Assembly: GCA_000934665.2 (NCBI GenBank)
Contig: JYFJ02004155.1
Span: forward strand, 1-34,269
Direction: 5' to 3'
Length of the DNA: 34,269 bases
Source: Catajapyx aquilonaris
Lineage: Eukaryota
The notes under the pieces are model-generated. The model was given only the letters and a program-made list of their open reading frames with translations, was not told where the DNA came from and did no database searches. Position 1 is the stretch's first letter. Each line of letters starts with the position of its first letter. Positions 11,834 through 21,852 of the stretch are shown piece by piece. Both the position numbers and the translations under genes were made by a program.

Positions 11834-12130
11834 ATGTTGGTCTCAACATTTTTCATCTCGCTCCTCACTATAGTGTAATGTCTGCCGGAGTGTTTGATGA
11901 AAGTGCGGAATCCAACAATGATGGCTCTGCGTTGGTTGCCAGCTTCTTGGAAGAAATAGAAGTGTTTTATCCAGATTGTGTGCTGGGAATAGGACACGAC
12001 TCGATTCATTTCCCAAGTGCTCTGGAAAACTTGATAAGAATGCGCTCGGAACACTTTGGGCTCCTGTTATCAACATAATTATGCTGCAGAAAACCTGGAG
12101 AAACAATAACGACTGTGCCAGTGGCAAATC
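11834..12130 (+). pseudogene. 5' fragment duplicate of the IR at 14419-16389
   Basis: 11878-12074 matches 14461-14657 with 3 substitutions in 197 bp. A 2-bp insertion disrupts the signal peptide, TAA occurs at 12076-12078, and homology ends at about 12130. Confidence 0.92.
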
Positions 12131-12607
12131 TGATTACTCATCAGTATAGGAAAGTTTTTAGCAAAGAAAATTTACACGTTGACTTGCTCATGTATAGTAC
12201 TAATATTTCCAGCCCTCCAATGACATCACGTTGCTATACACAACGATCTGATAGTAATCAGATAATCGTTGTATACTGTACCTCGCTCTCTTATAAAATA
12301 CCATTCAGTTTCCAAGATAACGTAGGCTGCCTCAGTCACACACTGAATAGAGTGTGAAAGGCTAGTGATAGATTCAAACAGTCCCATCCTCCATCCAGGA
12401 AGGACTTCCTTGCCTCTACACCATACCATTGCCTTTGGAAATAGTGTCAGCATAGCTACATAGCTACAATTTGTCAAGTAAGAAACATTACAATATTACA
12501 ACTACACCTTGACTTTCTCGTATAATAGAAACATTGCGGTATCCATTTTGTCTAGGATATATTTCCATATTAATCAGCTCTTCCTTTTAATCACAGGGCT
12601 CATCAGG

Positions 12608-14110
12608 ATGCCAAGAAGGAAGAGGCCTTTGCCGTTATTTAATCTGTGCCTGCGTAGTATTGCTTCGGCTGTTATCAACACTTGCAAGAGAGGAAATGAC
12701 GTCAACAGCATGTTTGTTAGCAAGATTCCTCCTGCATTGGCTAATCATTACATGGCAAGTCTGATTCAGACCCATGCAGATGTGGAAAACACAGGCATTG
12801 GACTGCTGGACCTAAGACCTGCAATCCATCCAGATTGCACTCAACTGATATTCGATCATGAAGAGTACTACAACTCACACAGGTCATCAGTGGATTTGAT
12901 AAGGCTACAGGTGCTGAAAAACCTGGACGCAATGCCAAAGCTATCAATGCTGAGGTGTGGCCGCTTTACAGAAACGGACATTGCCGATGCAACACTATTC
13001 ACGATAAAGAACATCCCCAAATTGGCCCACCTGACGTCAGTCAATTTGGGAAACATCAGGTCCCCATATGCAGTCGCGATGCTTGCAAAACACTGCCCTG
13101 ACCTGGAGGACATTGTTGCTAACCGCTACATCATGAGGAAATCAAGAATCAAAATCCTTGCAAAGTGCTCCAAACTCAAGTCATTCCATTTCAATCCGTG
13201 GACCACTGATTTAGTATCCCCAGAAGCATGCATTTTCCTGCTGGAAATGCTCCCTGATTTGGAGTCCTTAGGTATACAAATGCTGCAGGATTTTTTGGAG
13301 CTATGCCAGAAGCCATACCCGCTGAAAAGCTTGAAAGGGTATGTGAAAGCTCCAACTGACATGTCGCTTGTGGCCAAGTATTTGCCTCAGTTGGAATCGC
13401 TCGAGTTGGTAGGAAGTGCCGCACTTTCATTCCACTCCATAAACGACTTGAGGCACCTTAAAAAGCTGGCCGTCTTGGGTAAAGCACGTGAAGACAACGT
13501 TGATTTGATGGTCACATTTTCACGGCTGACTGAACTCAGTCTGACCAACAATTACAGCTCATTGTTCACTTCGATTCTGAGCAGCGACAATGACGTGTCA
13601 TTTCCACAACTGTCCAGCCTCAGTCTCGATGCGTGCAGCTCAGTGGACCTCGCTGCACTCTCCAGGCTGTTTCCTGACCTAAAAAGGCTCCTGTTCAACT
13701 ATTGCTCGTTTGCCGATCCTCCGTTGTATCCTAAATCCATCCTCTTTCGCAACATCCTGTACTTAAAATCACGCACAAGTAAAGACGATGCAACCAGACA
13801 TCTCAGCACGCTCCTCTCATCTTGTTACGACCTGGAGCAATTGGATTTGACGCAACCATATCTGGACTGCGCCCTGATGAAGGAACTGATCAAGATTAAT
13901 CCGCTGAAGAAACTCACATCGCTGACTCTCCACTGCATCCCAGTCAATGACGATCCAGCGGGATCCACCATACCCGCTCTGCTGGACACTTGCGACAGCC
14001 TGGAGACACTCAATCTGGACAAATCCGAGGTGTGGAAGGAGTGGTGCACTGCAATGGACATTAAAAACTGGCTTCAACTGGACGTTTGTGTTTCAGGTGA
14101 ACACCTGTGA
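12608..14110 (+). CDS. Leucine-rich-repeat protein (500 aa) with putative N-terminal BC box and cullin box; intronless CDS
   Basis: First ATG at 12608 follows a likely 5'UTR intron (GTAAGA 12478 to CAG 12596). Repeated LxxLxL/CPxL units (CPDLEDI, CSKLKSF, LPDLESLGI, LPQLESLEL, FPQLSSLSL, CYDLEQLDL, CDSLETLNL). ATTAAA at about 14137. Confidence 0.85.
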   Translation: MPRRKRPLPLFNLCLRSIASAVINTCKRGNDVNSMFVSKIPPALANHYMASLIQTHADVENTGIGLLDLRPAIHPDCTQLIFDHEEYYNSHRSSVDLIRLQVLKNLDAMPKLSMLRCGRFTETDIADATLFTIKNIPKLAHLTSVNLGNIRSPYAVAMLAKHCPDLEDIVANRYIMRKSRIKILAKCSKLKSFHFNPWTTDLVSPEACIFLLEMLPDLESLGIQMLQDFLELCQKPYPLKSLKGYVKAPTDMSLVAKYLPQLESLELVGSAALSFHSINDLRHLKKLAVLGKAREDNVDLMVTFSRLTELSLTNNYSSLFTSILSSDNDVSFPQLSSLSLDACSSVDLAALSRLFPDLKRLLFNYCSFADPPLYPKSILFRNILYLKSRTSKDDATRHLSTLLSSCYDLEQLDLTQPYLDCALMKELIKINPLKKLTSLTLHCIPVNDDPAGSTIPALLDTCDSLETLNLDKSEVWKEWCTAMDIKNWLQLDVCVSGEHL

Positions 14111-14418
14111 ATAATGCAGGAAGGAAATTGACATTCATTAAATATACATTACTCTAATTCACATTATGAACACTGCATAAATAATATCACTTTTCCATGC
14201 ATGACGTTCATGAATAATGGCAGCCAAATTAAAACATGGCCAACTAAAGAAGCTATTAATTTTAACGCATTTTAAATTCTTGGACTCATTTCAACATGTC
14301 GTTGAGACGGCTACTTTCAATAAAAAACAATGGGGATGCCAATCAAATTTCCCATCAAAATTCTATGAGTTCCATTCCGGCATATTATTCCCTGAACTCA
14401 GCGCCTAATAAGAGAACA

Positions 14419-16389
14419 ATGCTGGTCTCAACATTTTTCATCTCGCTCCTCACTAGCGTAATGTCTGCCGGAGTGTTTCATGAAAGTGCGGAATCCAACA
14501 ATGATGGCTCTGCGTTGGTTGCCAGCTTCCTGGAAGAAATAGAAGTGTTTTATCCTGATTGTGTGCTGGGAATAGGACACGACTCGATTCATTTCCCAAG
14601 TGCTCTGGAAAACTTGATAAGAATGCGCTCGGAACACTTTGGGCTCCTGTTATCAACGTATGCTGCAGAAAACCTGGAGGATGAAGTAACGACAACTGCG
14701 CCAGTGGTAAATGGCACATCTGATGACGACAAGTACTGGTTTTCCTGGCTCCACAGAAGCACCGCAGTGCACCAAGGCACCTGTGCACTTCATGTGATTG
14801 CGGCTCGACCTGACAACGTGGGAAGGACACTTCGGCACCTGGCATCTCACATGGTCGTAGACACCCATCGACACTACTTCATGTTCTGGAGCCCAGCAGG
14901 TAACGAGTCTGTCCTTACCCATCCGGACTTGGAATGCATTCGACTCAAGTTGGCCCTCACATACCAATCCGGATCACTGCAACTGTCCACCATCTGCTCC
15001 TATTGCCTGGTCCAATCTGTTATCTTGGGTCAGTACGACCAGGATGGATTGGATTTATTCGGCCCTCACACGTCGCTCTTTCCTGACCTGACCAGAGACC
15101 AGAATGGACGCACCGTACTAGCAACATTCATCTATGAATTAACAGAGGAATCGGTGGTGAACAGACGAAAAGCAGGAGAAATAATATATGCTCCTGAGCA
15201 GCTGTTGTACGACATCAGCCTGAAAATGAACTTTCATTTCATTTCCTCAACCATACCGTCTGGTGAAGCTGGCGCCGTTGAAGGCAAACAGGACGATGGC
15301 ACATGGGCTGGCTTCGTTGGCGAACTGCTGTACAAAAGAGCCGAAGTATGTCCTGGCACCCTGATGTTTGTGGAGTCAACAGAGATCATCGACTACTCCA
15401 TCCCTTTCTACTACGACCATGTTGCATTCTTCATTCGCGATCCACGGCCTGTCTACTCTTGGAAGGTCATCTTCATGCCATACCCTCCTGTGATGTGGGC
15501 TCTCACCTGCACAGCCTGCGTTGTGTGCTCTGTGTTTTTCTGGATAACCCTGCGTCTCCTTGGCCGCTTTCTGACACCGTTTGGACCTCGGAAGCCCAAA
15601 TGGCTGTTCATGTATTCTGTTGTATACATGTTCCTTCCTCTGATTGAAGAGAATCCTCCCGAGGTCCCACGACCACACACGGCCAGAGTGTTCCTGTCCT
15701 TCTGGTGGATCTTTGCGCTTGTCATCTGCTGCGGCTACACATCCAAGCTGATTGGATTTCTGGCCATGCCTGATCGGGAAATACTGCCCCAAACACTCGC
15801 AGAACTGGTTGCAAATGAGTGGAGTTGCGGCTCTTGGAAGTTGCATGTTCCTTTCGTCTTCTTACTTACAGACGGCTGGGACAATACAGATGCCCAGTAC
15901 TTGACAGAAAAAATGGAAAGCATGGACAGCATGGAGCAATGCTTGGAGACGACACTGGAACGTGACTTTGCCTGCACTACAATGAGGCTCTTCCTGGTCC
16001 TCACCTCATTCCAGTACCTGGACCAGGATGGCAAAATCCCATTTTCACAGGCAGACGAAGAGGCACTGATTCTCCACTCGGTGATGGCCCTCCCAAAGCA
16101 CAGCCTCCTTCTGACCAGGATCAACTGGTACATTCAGCAATTCATGGCCTCCGGACTGTACCTGGAGAATGACAGGTACATGATCCACTCCGAGTACTTT
16201 CGAGGGATTATTCTGGCCAGAAAAGAGAATAAGTATCAGTGGACCAAGTCAAAAACTTTGAATTTGGCACAGCTTCAGGGTAGTTTTTCCCTTCTCGCAG
16301 CCGGATGCGTGGTTGCCACCATTGTGCTACTTTCCGAGATGGTGTGGAAGAGTCACGACAATCTACGATGTAAAATCAAACATCGCTAG
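14419..16389 (+). CDS. Divergent variant ionotropic receptor, intronless, 656 aa
   Basis: Signal peptide MLVSTFFISLLTSVMSAG from ATG 14419 (the ORF is open from 14296). S1 DDGTWAGFVGELLYKRAE..IDYSIPF, M1 IFMPYPPVMW, M3 GYTSKLIGFLAMP, M4 LNLAQLQGSFSLLAAG. AATAAA at 16709-16714. Confidence 0.92.
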   Translation: MLVSTFFISLLTSVMSAGVFHESAESNNDGSALVASFLEEIEVFYPDCVLGIGHDSIHFPSALENLIRMRSEHFGLLLSTYAAENLEDEVTTTAPVVNGTSDDDKYWFSWLHRSTAVHQGTCALHVIAARPDNVGRTLRHLASHMVVDTHRHYFMFWSPAGNESVLTHPDLECIRLKLALTYQSGSLQLSTICSYCLVQSVILGQYDQDGLDLFGPHTSLFPDLTRDQNGRTVLATFIYELTEESVVNRRKAGEIIYAPEQLLYDISLKMNFHFISSTIPSGEAGAVEGKQDDGTWAGFVGELLYKRAEVCPGTLMFVESTEIIDYSIPFYYDHVAFFIRDPRPVYSWKVIFMPYPPVMWALTCTACVVCSVFFWITLRLLGRFLTPFGPRKPKWLFMYSVVYMFLPLIEENPPEVPRPHTARVFLSFWWIFALVICCGYTSKLIGFLAMPDREILPQTLAELVANEWSCGSWKLHVPFVFLLTDGWDNTDAQYLTEKMESMDSMEQCLETTLERDFACTTMRLFLVLTSFQYLDQDGKIPFSQADEEALILHSVMALPKHSLLLTRINWYIQQFMASGLYLENDRYMIHSEYFRGIILARKENKYQWTKSKTLNLAQLQGSFSLLAAGCVVATIVLLSEMVWKSHDNLRCKIKHR

Positions 16390-17357
16390 CTGCATTGAAA
16401 CTTTCTCTGGAAGACTAGGAGCTTAATATCTGTATCTTACTTTTACAATATTGCCGAAGGAAGAAGAAATTATTATTAAAGCGCATGAAGAGAAATCCAT
16501 CCGAGTGGTTGCAGCGCTGGAACAAATTATGAAAATTCTGTTATTGTAATTAATGGGCTATGCCCTTCTGAATTATGTAGCACGTTGCAACATAAGCAGT
16601 CCATGTATTGCAACGTGTGGTAATTAATAGCGCAGACTCTTTTCTTTTCGTATGTGTAGCCAATTGTTGTCACATGCATTGCAACACTCTCTCTGCAACG
16701 ACTTCGTTAATAAAGCACACAGAAAAGCACCAAGAATGATTTATTAGAAGAACTGATATCCTCGACTTTAGTTTTGAGTCACAAATTTTCTTAATTGTCC
16801 TCTTTTTTTTTTTACGACTTCCTGGAAACGTGCTCAACATAACTGCCTCCGGTTATTGTAATTTCTAATGAGCGCATGCAGTTTTTGATGATTTTTTTCA
16901 GAGTGAATTTGGCTATCCTGCACACGTATTATTTTGCAACAAGAATTATTTCGCAACTAGTGATTCTTGTCAGCCTAGCAGTCCATAGATGACTACTAGT
17001 GTTAAGTAGAAATGTGCTTCCCAGTGGCATTTTGTACTGAACCTCTTCACATCTTGTATAGATAATCTCATTGCAGACAGTACAGCAACACAAAATAAAT
17101 CATGTGCAGCCAGCCATCGACTCAAAAAGTGACTTAGGTAGCATCGTATTTCCTTTAACGTCTTCCTGCAGGTTTAAAGAAAAGTTTGCTATTTGCAAAA
17201 TCAAATGTTAACCATTTCATTTTCAACCAGTCTCTGCTTACTTCGTTACGTCAGGGTTTTACACTTTGCACGTGAACCTGGCACACATCGTCAGGTCCGC
17301 CCCCTTTTTTTTTTGAGAATTGTTCTGCAGGATTGACATGCCAAGTTACCGCACTGC

Positions 17358-19760
17358 TCATGCATGCTTGCTCTGAATGGCCTGGTTAACTGGATTGTCC
17401 GGGGATTTCATCCATTCCTTCCTGAGTATCTGCTTCAGTTGGGACATCCTCAGGTTCGGGTTCGCAGCCTTGATCTCCGGCAACCTCTTCTCCTCAAACG
17501 CAGCCAAGGCCGCCTTCAGTCTCCGCTCGGGATGCTTGTCCTCCGGCTGGCTCTGGGAGGTACTCAGCAGCGCAATGGCCTCAGACACACTCCTGGCCTC
17601 CTCCCCGTCCAACACAAGTCGGTTAACATTCTCCTCCAGCGGCTGGTGCAGGTGAGTCTGACGCTTCTGCTTCTCTTCAGCCGCAAGGCCAAGAGCAGCT
17701 GCTTGCCTCTTCTCATTCTCAGCCTGGATCTGGGCTTGGGAAACCTAAATGTATAAAAAGCAATGGTCAGGTACGTTACTGGCAAATTTCATACTAACAG
17801 CTTAGAGCAAAGGTGTTTGAACTATAATAATAAGTAGTTTGGAGTATGTGTAATGATAAAGAAATTACTCTTCGAGTTTATGACAGAGCACGTATTAATA
17901 TGCGTAGAAAATATTCCACTGGCGAGATGAAAATTAAAGCCAACTCACGTCATTTCCTTTCTTGCCATTATTACTTTTAAAGGACTGCTGCTCTGTGAGT
18001 CAGCTCAATGTGGCCTTGAAAAATCAATGACAATGTCAAGTTACGTAAATCCTCATTCACTTTCGGTCCAATTATACTGAATAAGAAATTGTATTATAAC
18101 TAGACTGTCAGTTGAATAAATAGATAAAGCAGTTATAAAAAAGCAACTGAGATAGATTTTGCAATAAATTTTGCAACAATCATCATGTTATTAAAATGTG
18201 TTCTCTGGAAAGGCTTTTTTTTAAAACCATTACATGTACTCTGAAAAGAATTGTAGATAGAAATTTAGTAGGTAGTATCTAATCTACAGTACATTCGGAA
18301 AGGGAAGGGGAGGGGAAAAGGAAGTGCAATTTTCCTTGAAAATGATTGGGAGTATTCCTCCCCCTTTTAAGAATAATTTATCCCCTGTGCATGGGGGAAG
18401 TGGACACTCTTTGTACTAAACCATACTGAAAACAAAAAATTCAGGCTCAGCAACACTAGCACAACAGTTGTGATCATAACCGTGAGTACACTCTGGAGAT
18501 GACTAATATTGGATTCGTCAACAACCTCAGCAGGAAAGCAAACGTTTAAGCACAGGAAGCAATCCTGTCGCAACAATCGGCAATTAATCACCTGTCACCT
18601 TGCCTAATGTCCACACCATTTTGTGTCTGGCACGAAATTATTTCCTGCATCCATTGCAATCATCAGTAATTTAGTCGCCTCCAACAAGCGCAGAAATTAC
18701 ATGAAGTATTTACACATCCTATCCAGAAGCCCAAGTCACCAGCAATGCGTACGCAAATTCTCTCTGCTACACACCTCTGCGGCACAGCCATGGATTTAGG
18801 TAAGTCCATGTTGTACTTTTACTATAAAATCAAAATTTCCGCGCACCTATTGCGGTTAATAGTACATCGCTGAGCGAAAGTAACAATATATTTTCACCCC
18901 AAACAACTGGTCTCATCGCTGCAACATCGTTGATCTAATCTCCCGCAGCTTCAGGTCGTTAAACCAATGGTTTGGGGTGAAAGTAACTATCGCGTTTTGC
19001 TCTCAATTGACTTATTTCATCGCTGCATATCGTTGATCAAATCGCTCGCATGTAAACGTGGCTTTAGGTCGTGTTTACATGCGAGCGATGAAACCAACGG
19101 TTTGGCGTGAAAGTAACAATTGCGTTTTGCTCGCAAACGACTTCGCCGATCAAATTTCTGGCCTTATGTTAGTTTTGAAATGAACCAGCTTCAGTACAGC
19201 AATTAATTGTTCCTCAGCTGTGAACGTTGCTTATACTAATTCCCTCTATTGTAACCAAAGAATAATTCCGCTATTTATCCGACTCTGAGGAATTCCGTCA
19301 GCTTCAGAATTGTTTAGCGAGTCGTGTCGTTTCACCTTGGCCGCAGACTGCTTCGAGGCGGCCTCGTTCTTCTTTCCCTCCTCCTCTAGAATGGCCTGCT
19401 TCTCCTGCTTCTTGGCCAGCTCCTCCAGCCGCTTCCTCTCCTTGTCGCCCTTCCGCTGCTGCTTCTTGGCCAAGTTCTTGTCCTCGTCACGCCACAGCTC
19501 GTCTTCCTCATGGGCCTTCCGACGAGCCTCCTCCTCAGCTCTGGCCGACGCCTTACGGACCTTGGCAGACGCCGCCTTCAGAAGAGAAAAAAAAATCATT
19601 ATGAGAACAATTCCAAATGAAAATGTCAACCTTCATAAATCGGGTCATAAAAGTGTCACCAATGAACCGAATCCGACCGGAAAGGTATCTGCAGACGGAG
19701 GACGACGCCCCGGTTCCAAATACGCACCTTTGAGTTCTCCCCGACCCACTTCTTCGGCAT
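17358..19760 (-). CDS. CCDC124: Coiled-coil domain-containing protein 124 (Lso2/Oxs1 family), 219 aa
   Basis: Exons 19728-19760, 19336-19575 and 17358-17744 are all phase 0 GT-AG (660 nt). Protein reads MPKKWVGENSKAASAKVRKA..EDELWRDEDK..LEENVNR..EARSVSEAIALL..DKHPERRLKAA..LRMSQLKQILRKEWMKSPDNPVN. Confidence 0.95.
18865..19160. mobile_element. Cluster of adjacent PIF/Harbinger-like MITE copies in a CCDC124 intron
   Basis: Repeated GAAAGTAAC / AAACCAA motifs and an end-to-end junction ..GCATGTAAACGTGGCT-TTA-GGTCGTGTTTACATGCGAGCG.. at about 19048-19088. Confidence 0.65.
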
Positions 19761-20512
19761 TATTAGCCCAAAAACTGTCCAAGCGAAGATAAAAAAAGTC
19801 AACAACTGAAAGCCGCCATTTTGAAAATCGATCGAACAAAAAATCACGCGCCCGAAAACGTAGCGGCTATTATAGCCGTTCTTTTCAATTGGATGACGTG
19901 AAAAATAGCTAATATTTAGGAACGCTTTGAAATTAAGCAGGTTAGTGCTCGAATTATTCTAAAATTGGATCATTCGATGGGATTTAACTTTAATGGGGTT
20001 TATATTTTTAAAGTTAAATATGGTTATGCTGACATGTGTCGTTTGGAACAGTTTCGTTTAGCAATTGGCGGGGTTGCCACATTTTAGTGTGACGTAACAT
20101 GCGGTGTTGCCATATTTCCACGGGCGGTTTTTTTTGAAATGCGTCGGAATAATTAGACGCCCCCGACGCCCTCGCTTTTTCTCATACCCTTGAAGAGCCC
20201 AGTGGTCGTGACAGTGACAGAAATGTATGGGGGGTGTACAGGTGTTGGCATCGATCCGTGACAGCGGAGGGACGTTAGGGCGTCGCGAGTTGGACAATCA
20301 TATCGATTCTGCGTCGGGGCGCCGGCGCCTCCAAAATAGTCTAGTGGCGTACAGTGGCTAGTCGCTTCCGAGCGACGACGGGCATCGGATTGATCGCTTT
20401 TTGGTCCGTGTATATAGTCAGTGATTGACTTGGGGGCGTCTGGGGGCGTCCCGGGCGTCGCGATGGGCCCAGACAGCATGTAAAGTGAGTCGCGGATTGA
20501 AACTCGGTTCAC
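19761..20512. promoter_or_regulatory. Putative bidirectional promoter shared by CCDC124 and ANO8
   Basis: Divergent ATGs about 750 bp apart in CpG-rich sequence. YY1/Pho-type motif GCCGCCATTTTG at 19812-19823. Confidence 0.55.
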
Positions 20513-21779
20513 ATGGACGCCAACGACGCCGCTTCCGCCCCAACCGCAGCTGCCTCGTCGTCGTCGTCGACGCCGTCTATTCCGACCGCCGACGTCCTAC
20601 ACTCGCTCCTAAGACGACGCCACAAACCGGGCGGCGCCCTCGACGCTGGTAAACCACAATTTACAAATAACCCTTCATAATTTACAGCAGATGCCAATTA
20701 GTCACGTGTTTTTTTCCGCAGATGAGTTCACACTGGCGTCGATGTCGTTGCAACCGTAACGACCTAACGACAACGACCGTGTGAACTCATCAGAAAACCG
20801 ACAAGCTGTTGGGGGTTCACGCGGTCGTCGTTGGATCGTTACTGGCCTGTCGATGTCGTTGCAAACACCGTAACGACCTAATGACAACGACCGTGTGAAC
20901 TGATCAGAAAAGTGCGGAACTTGGCTAAAGACACGTGACTAGCTGGCGATTTTCTGATGCGTTCACATACGACCGTCGTTGTCGTTAGGTCGTTACGGTG
21001 TTCGCAACGACATCGACAGGCCAGTAACGATCCAACGACGGCCGTGTGAACCCCCAACAGTTTGAGGCTATATTGACCACCTGTGTCTATATCCTTGTGT
21101 CTATTCCGCGGGGAAATGGGGCGGGGTTTGCAATATTTATTACTGCCATTTATAGAGAGCATAATAATAATTAAATTAAAATAAAATAAATTGGTGTCTT
21201 CTGTGCCAATAAATTCGCACAAAAGACATCAATAATGCTGCCGATTATTGAAATATCTGTTGCTGGAGTAAACAATTTATAACTAGGGCGCATTATTGTC
21301 GAAATTTGCGAATTATTTGCGGAACATGACCTCCTGACCTTTGACATTTAACCGCGCGTTTGATGCTATCGCTCTTTGTTTCGTGCCGGCGCAAGACAAA
21401 TAGAAACACTCGATCTAATAAAAATGTGCAATTTATCGGAGTGACCGCGAGGTTCATTACACGACAATTGCTAATCGTCACGTATGACCTCATTAATTAA
21501 TAAAACAATCCGTTGCCAAAATTTGGCTATATATAACCTGTACGACGACATTGAAAATCAAACAACTTTAACTTAGAAGAAGACCCACCGATTTACCCAC
21601 GTAGTATTATTTCTCACGCACAGATGGCGCACACTCCCTCTGCACACTCCCGCCACATTCAGGTCCTGCGAGAGATACCGGTACTATCAGGTCCAATCAG
21701 AGGTCGGACAAACATCCGACGGAAAGAATAAGCCTATTAGGAAAAATATGTACTGAAAATGGCAGCTTCCAAATAATCA

Positions 21780-21852
<73 letters not shown>

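Noticed and set aside
4326..14110. Functional link between DDA1 and the BC-box LRR gene
   Set aside because: Different cullin systems (CRL4 versus Elongin BC type); adjacency alone is not evidence.
20711..21060. CRISPR-like repeats
   Set aside because: Eukaryotic intron; the repeats are MITE arms with no unique spacers or cas genes.
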